Assembly: GCA_963808235.1 (NCBI GenBank)
Contig: CAWEEQ010000004.1
Coordinates: 768,001 to 832,000 of the forward strand
From: an uncultured delta proteobacterium
GTDB taxonomy: Bacteria; Desulfobacterota; Binatia; Binatales; Binataceae
Length of the DNA: 64,000 nt
Reading direction: 5' to 3'
Below the pieces are notes generated by a model. The model searched no databases. It saw only the letters and a program-made list of their open reading frames with translations, and was not told where the DNA came from. Position 1 is the stretch's first letter. Each line of letters starts with the position of its first letter. Position numbers and translations under genes: made by a program. Of the stretch, positions 60,494 to 64,000 are shown piece after piece.

Positions 60494-61360
60494 ATGCGTG
60501 AACACGAAATGGCCGAATTCTTTCGAGCGCTGGGGCACAAGATCGTCCAGACCCGGAGCTGTTTCTGGTACAGCTCGCAGCGCTTCCTCTACAAGAACCT
60601 GCCGATTCATCGCAACGTCGACCCCTCGCAGTCCGAACTCGCCAAGGTGATGTTCCGCGGGACCGCATTGGCAATTCGTTATCCGGAAACCGCCGGCGAA
60701 TCGACCCCGGACGGCGGGATTTACGTTTGCGCGGACCGGAATTACGACTTCGCGTCGCTTACCGCCAATGCTCGCAGCCATACCCGGCGTGGACTTGCGC
60801 GCAACATCGTCGAACAGGTCGATTTCAATGATCTCGCGAACAAGGCTTACCCGCTAATCCAGGAAACCAACCTGCGCCAGACCGGAAAACAGCCGATGCG
60901 CAGCGAGTCGCATTGGAGATCGTTTTGCGAACTCTCACGCCGAACGCCCGGGCTGGAGGCTTGGGCCGCGTTCGTTGACGGTGAGCTGGCCGCGTTTATC
61001 GTCGCGATGATGGCCGAGGATTGTTACTACCTTCACCTGCAAAAGAGCGCGTCGGCCCTGCTCAAGCACTATTCCAACAACGCCTTGCTGTTCACCGTGA
61101 TGAAAGCGGCGCTCGCACGTCCCGAAGTCGGCTGGGTTTCCAACGGACAGATCGCGCTGGCCGCGAAAGAGGGTCTTTACCATTTCAAGACCAGCATGGG
61201 CTTCGACATCCATCCGTTTAAAGAGCGGCTGGTTTTCAATCCGCTGATCAAGCCTGGTCTGTGGGCGGGCAGGGCGCTGACCAGCCGGCTCACGAAGGTC
61301 AATCCGGAAAATCTTTTCTGGCGGAGAGCTTCACGGGCATTCGACCTGGCGGGGGATTGA
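60494..61360 (+). CDS. GNAT/FemAB-like acyltransferase
   Basis: ARSHTRRG, NNALL, GLYHFKTSMGF. Confidence 0.7.
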   Translation: MREHEMAEFFRALGHKIVQTRSCFWYSSQRFLYKNLPIHRNVDPSQSELAKVMFRGTALAIRYPETAGESTPDGGIYVCADRNYDFASLTANARSHTRRGLARNIVEQVDFNDLANKAYPLIQETNLRQTGKQPMRSESHWRSFCELSRRTPGLEAWAAFVDGELAAFIVAMMAEDCYYLHLQKSASALLKHYSNNALLFTVMKAALARPEVGWVSNGQIALAAKEGLYHFKTSMGFDIHPFKERLVFNPLIKPGLWAGRALTSRLTKVNPENLFWRRASRAFDLAGD

Positions 61361-61522
61361 GGGCCAGTGAAGACGCATCAAATGTCACTGGAAGGTTTGC
61401 TCGGAGTCGACGAGACGCAACACGGCCCCTGCAGGAATAGGGCGTTCGGATCAGGCACCGGTATCGTCGGTTGTGAAGGGCCCTGTATCGGAAATTATCT
61501 GAGTCCGGAGGGAACTGGCAGA

Positions 61523-61798
61523 TCAGGCTTCGACTTCCGCGGGCAGGTCTCGAAGGCATTTGCCGCAAAGCGCGTAGCACTCTTCCGGATCATCGCTCAT
61601 GGCAAGAATTGCTACCACCCACGAATTGAGATCCGCGCACCGATGACAAACGAGCAAGCCACCTTCGGATCGAATCTTGAACCAGCACTCGGCGATTGTC
61701 ACCGGATCTTCGATCAATTCGACGCGTACGCAACTGTCTTCAGGTTCCAAGGACGGTTCCATGACTTCTGGTGCTACGAATTTGGTGCGGCTGTTCAT
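61523..61798 (-). CDS. Hypothetical small acidic protein with two CxxC motifs
   Basis: GAGGGG RBS, ATG 61798; CHRC..CGKC. Confidence 0.5.
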   Translation of the reverse strand: MNSRTKFVAPEVMEPSLEPEDSCVRVELIEDPVTIAECWFKIRSEGGLLVCHRCADLNSWVVAILAMSDDPEECYALCGKCLRDLPAEVEA

Positions 61799-61955
61799 AG
61801 TTAAACCCCTCAGCAAGGTCGCATCGAGCCCTAATCGAGCAACCATCATGCCAGTCAACCGCTTCCTTTCGCCCCGATTAAGGACGGCAATTTGATAAGG
61901 ATTGTGGGCATTGGGAAGGAAATGCCCGGTCGGCGCCAATTCGGGAGGTTTGTCG

Positions 61956-62828
61956 ATGCTGTTGGAGTCTAAAGAGGTGAAAAATTTACGGGATTACCGG
62001 ATTGAGCCTGATACGGCAATTCCGTTAAGGGTTGTTCGTCCAAGTAGAGTCAGGGAACTAACGATGTTCGAGGGAATATCGAGAGCGCCGTCTGATCATG
62101 GACCAGACGATGAACATGGGAATAGACTCCGCGGCCACCTGAAACGACGGGCCATCGATGAGATCGAACGGCTTTTCGGTTGGCTGAACAAACGCCAGCG
62201 AATCGAACCATCGGCACAACTGGTCAAGGTGAACCTGGGCAGCGGACTCTTCGTGGCTCCGGGATGGATCAACCTGGATGCCAGCGTAAAAACCGTGTTC
62301 GCGAGGCTCCCGCGTTTCGCGCTGCGCTGGACCTATCCGCTGGCGAACGTCCGGAACACGCACTCGCGCGATGAATTCGTCGCCTTGCTGCGGGATAATC
62401 GGTTTATTTTCCACAATTTGAAATATGGAATCCCGCTTCGAGATTCTTCGGTTGATTTCATTTATGCCTCCCACATGTTGCATCACCTCTATCGTGACGA
62501 CGCTTTGAAACTTCTTCGGGAGGCAATCCGGGTGCTCAAGCCAGGCGGCACCATGAGAATTGCGGTGCCAGATCTCGAACTTATCGTCCGGCTATATCTG
62601 GAAGGGAGACGCGAGCAGGCACTGGGATATTTTTTCTATTTGCGGAGTCCAAGGAGCAACTTGAGCAGGCGCTACTATCAGTACGATTTCACGCTCTTGA
62701 AGGTTCTTATGGAAGAAGCCGGAGCGCGGAACGTCCGACGTTGCAAGTTTCGGGAGGGCAGGGTCCCTGACCTCGAGCAGCTCGACCGGTTGTCCGAGGA
62801 GACCCTGTTCGTGGAAGGGGAACGTTAA
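61956..62828 (+). CDS. Class I SAM-dependent methyltransferase
   Basis: GGAGG RBS; VNLGSG, VDFIYASHMLHHL, RVLKPGG..RIAVPD. Confidence 0.85.
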   Translation: MLLESKEVKNLRDYRIEPDTAIPLRVVRPSRVRELTMFEGISRAPSDHGPDDEHGNRLRGHLKRRAIDEIERLFGWLNKRQRIEPSAQLVKVNLGSGLFVAPGWINLDASVKTVFARLPRFALRWTYPLANVRNTHSRDEFVALLRDNRFIFHNLKYGIPLRDSSVDFIYASHMLHHLYRDDALKLLREAIRVLKPGGTMRIAVPDLELIVRLYLEGRREQALGYFFYLRSPRSNLSRRYYQYDFTLLKVLMEEAGARNVRRCKFREGRVPDLEQLDRLSEETLFVEGER

Positions 62829-62900
62829 TCTCCCGATCTAAAAAAACTATACATATAAGGATTATATGCTTCAAATATCATCAAATAGTACTAAGAATCA

Positions 62901-62930
62901 TGGACAGTAATGAAGTCACCATGGTATAAT
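62901..62930 (+). promoter_or_regulatory. Sigma70-type promoter of the Crp/Fnr gene
   Basis: TGGACA-18 bp-TATAAT with extended -10 TGn. Confidence 0.55.
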
Positions 62931-62967
62931 AAGGTACAGCAAGGGGTTTTCGACCCCTGAAGCTATC

Positions 62968-63801
62968 ATGAAGCGGCTCAGACGCCCAAGAAAGCGAATT
63001 TTGGATGCTTCCGCCAGTCCGCCGGTGGAAAAGCCCTTGGAAATTCAGGCCCTTTTGAAGCTCTTTCCGACCCTCGAATCCGAAAAACTCAAACGGCTGG
63101 CCGGCGAGATGTCGTTGGTGCGATTCAAACGAGGCGATCGCATTCGCGTCGACACCCAGTCATCGACGGACGTACTGGTGGTTTTGAAGGGAGCGATCGC
63201 GATCACCTGGCAGCACGACAGCCGCCATCAGGTGCTGGTCACGATGCTCGCGCCGGGAGAAATGTACGCGGTTTCCACGCTGCTACCCGAGATGGCGCAA
63301 GGCCTGAAAGGCTGCGCATTCACCAGCAGCCTGGTAGCGACGATCGATTCGAAGAGGCTGGTGGAGATAGTTCTCGGCGTCGGGCTGGGAGCGTTCAAAT
63401 CAGCGATGGAAATGACGGTTGGATGGTCGGCCGAAACGCTCATGCGATACATCAAGATGTTTCACATGGCGCCGCGCGATCGTCTAGTCATTGCGCTGAT
63501 CGAGATGGGCGCAAAGTTCGGCGTGCGTGACTCGAGAGGCCTCATTCTGAATTTGCCGATGACTCAGAAGGACCTGGCCAACCTGCTGGGCGCATCGCGG
63601 CAAAAGGTCAACGCATACCTGGGCGAACTGGTGCGCATGGGAGCGGTGATCAATCTGAGCCGGCAGATCGTTCTGGTTCCGGACAAGCTATTCGCGTTGG
63701 TCGGCGATCCCGATGTCCATTACTACAGCGCGCCGCACAAGCATTCGGTTGCCAAACCGCACGACCTCTCGTCGCATTCAAGACGCGAGATGCATCTCTA
63801 A
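62968..63801 (+). CDS. Crp/Fnr family transcriptional regulator
   Basis: cNMP-like domain (LAPGE) plus HTH TQKDLANLLGASRQKVN. Confidence 0.88.
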   Translation: MKRLRRPRKRILDASASPPVEKPLEIQALLKLFPTLESEKLKRLAGEMSLVRFKRGDRIRVDTQSSTDVLVVLKGAIAITWQHDSRHQVLVTMLAPGEMYAVSTLLPEMAQGLKGCAFTSSLVATIDSKRLVEIVLGVGLGAFKSAMEMTVGWSAETLMRYIKMFHMAPRDRLVIALIEMGAKFGVRDSRGLILNLPMTQKDLANLLGASRQKVNAYLGELVRMGAVINLSRQIVLVPDKLFALVGDPDVHYYSAPHKHSVAKPHDLSSHSRREMHL

Positions 63802-63850
63802 AAAGTTTGTTGCCGCGATCCGCGTGGAAATACTGCAACCGCGGGATCGC

Positions 63851-63891
63851 TTGACAGAACCTTGGCGCGCAATGTACTTTGCATTGCAAAG
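63851..63891 (+). promoter_or_regulatory. Promoter with overlapping palindromic operator
   Basis: TTGACA-18 bp-TACTTT; CTTTGCA-T-TGCAAAG at 63877-63891. Confidence 0.65.
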
Positions 63892-63927
63892 CTATTTGCC
63901 GAATGGGCTCCTGGAATCGCCGACTAT

Positions 63928-64000
63928 ATGAAAGACCTGAACGAAGCGCTCACCGAGATCTCGGCGATTCGCGCGCAGATCGTACGTACCGCGGAGTTTC
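63928..64000 (+). CDS. Hypothetical protein, N-terminal fragment (runs off the window)
   Basis: MKDLNEALTEISAIRAQIVRTAEF, downstream of the promoter/operator. Confidence 0.6.
   Translation, partial: MKDLNEALTEISAIRAQIVRTAEF

Noticed and set aside
45610-62828. PEP-CTERM/exosortase system
   Set aside because: No exosortase gene or PEP-CTERM-tailed protein is visible in the window.

Overview
GC-rich bacterial chromosome segment. Gene style is reminiscent of Binatota/deltaproteobacteria-like soil bacteria, but that is inference only. The left ~36 kb is mostly core and metabolic genes: gatCAB, yraN-serS, pstCAB-phoU-phoB-phoR with a PHO-box promoter, tRNA-Arg(ACG), ppk2, an MFS transporter, a toxin-first RelE/Phd pair, a cyclase-AAA-TPR protein, ilvD and a TetR operon. 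Downstream of tRNA-Arg(CCT) at 36284-36360 the DNA looks accessory: an RND-MFP-TolC operon flanked by two USP genes, three excisionase-like HTH_17 genes, a ~17 kb Wzx/Wzy-type exopolysaccharide locus and a Crp/Fnr regulator. The most unusual items are (i) a DUF559 nuclease gene bracketed by 87-bp two-hairpin direct repeats, with a third partial copy encoding its own C-terminus, which looks like a REP/RAYT-type element built on a different nuclease; and (ii) an EPS locus fronted by three Xis/BldC-like regulators and a helically phased AT-rich promoter, and containing an ExeA-LysM ATPase and a BY pseudokinase. Three single-base insertions (one in an amidohydrolase gene, two in serS) are probably sequencing errors.
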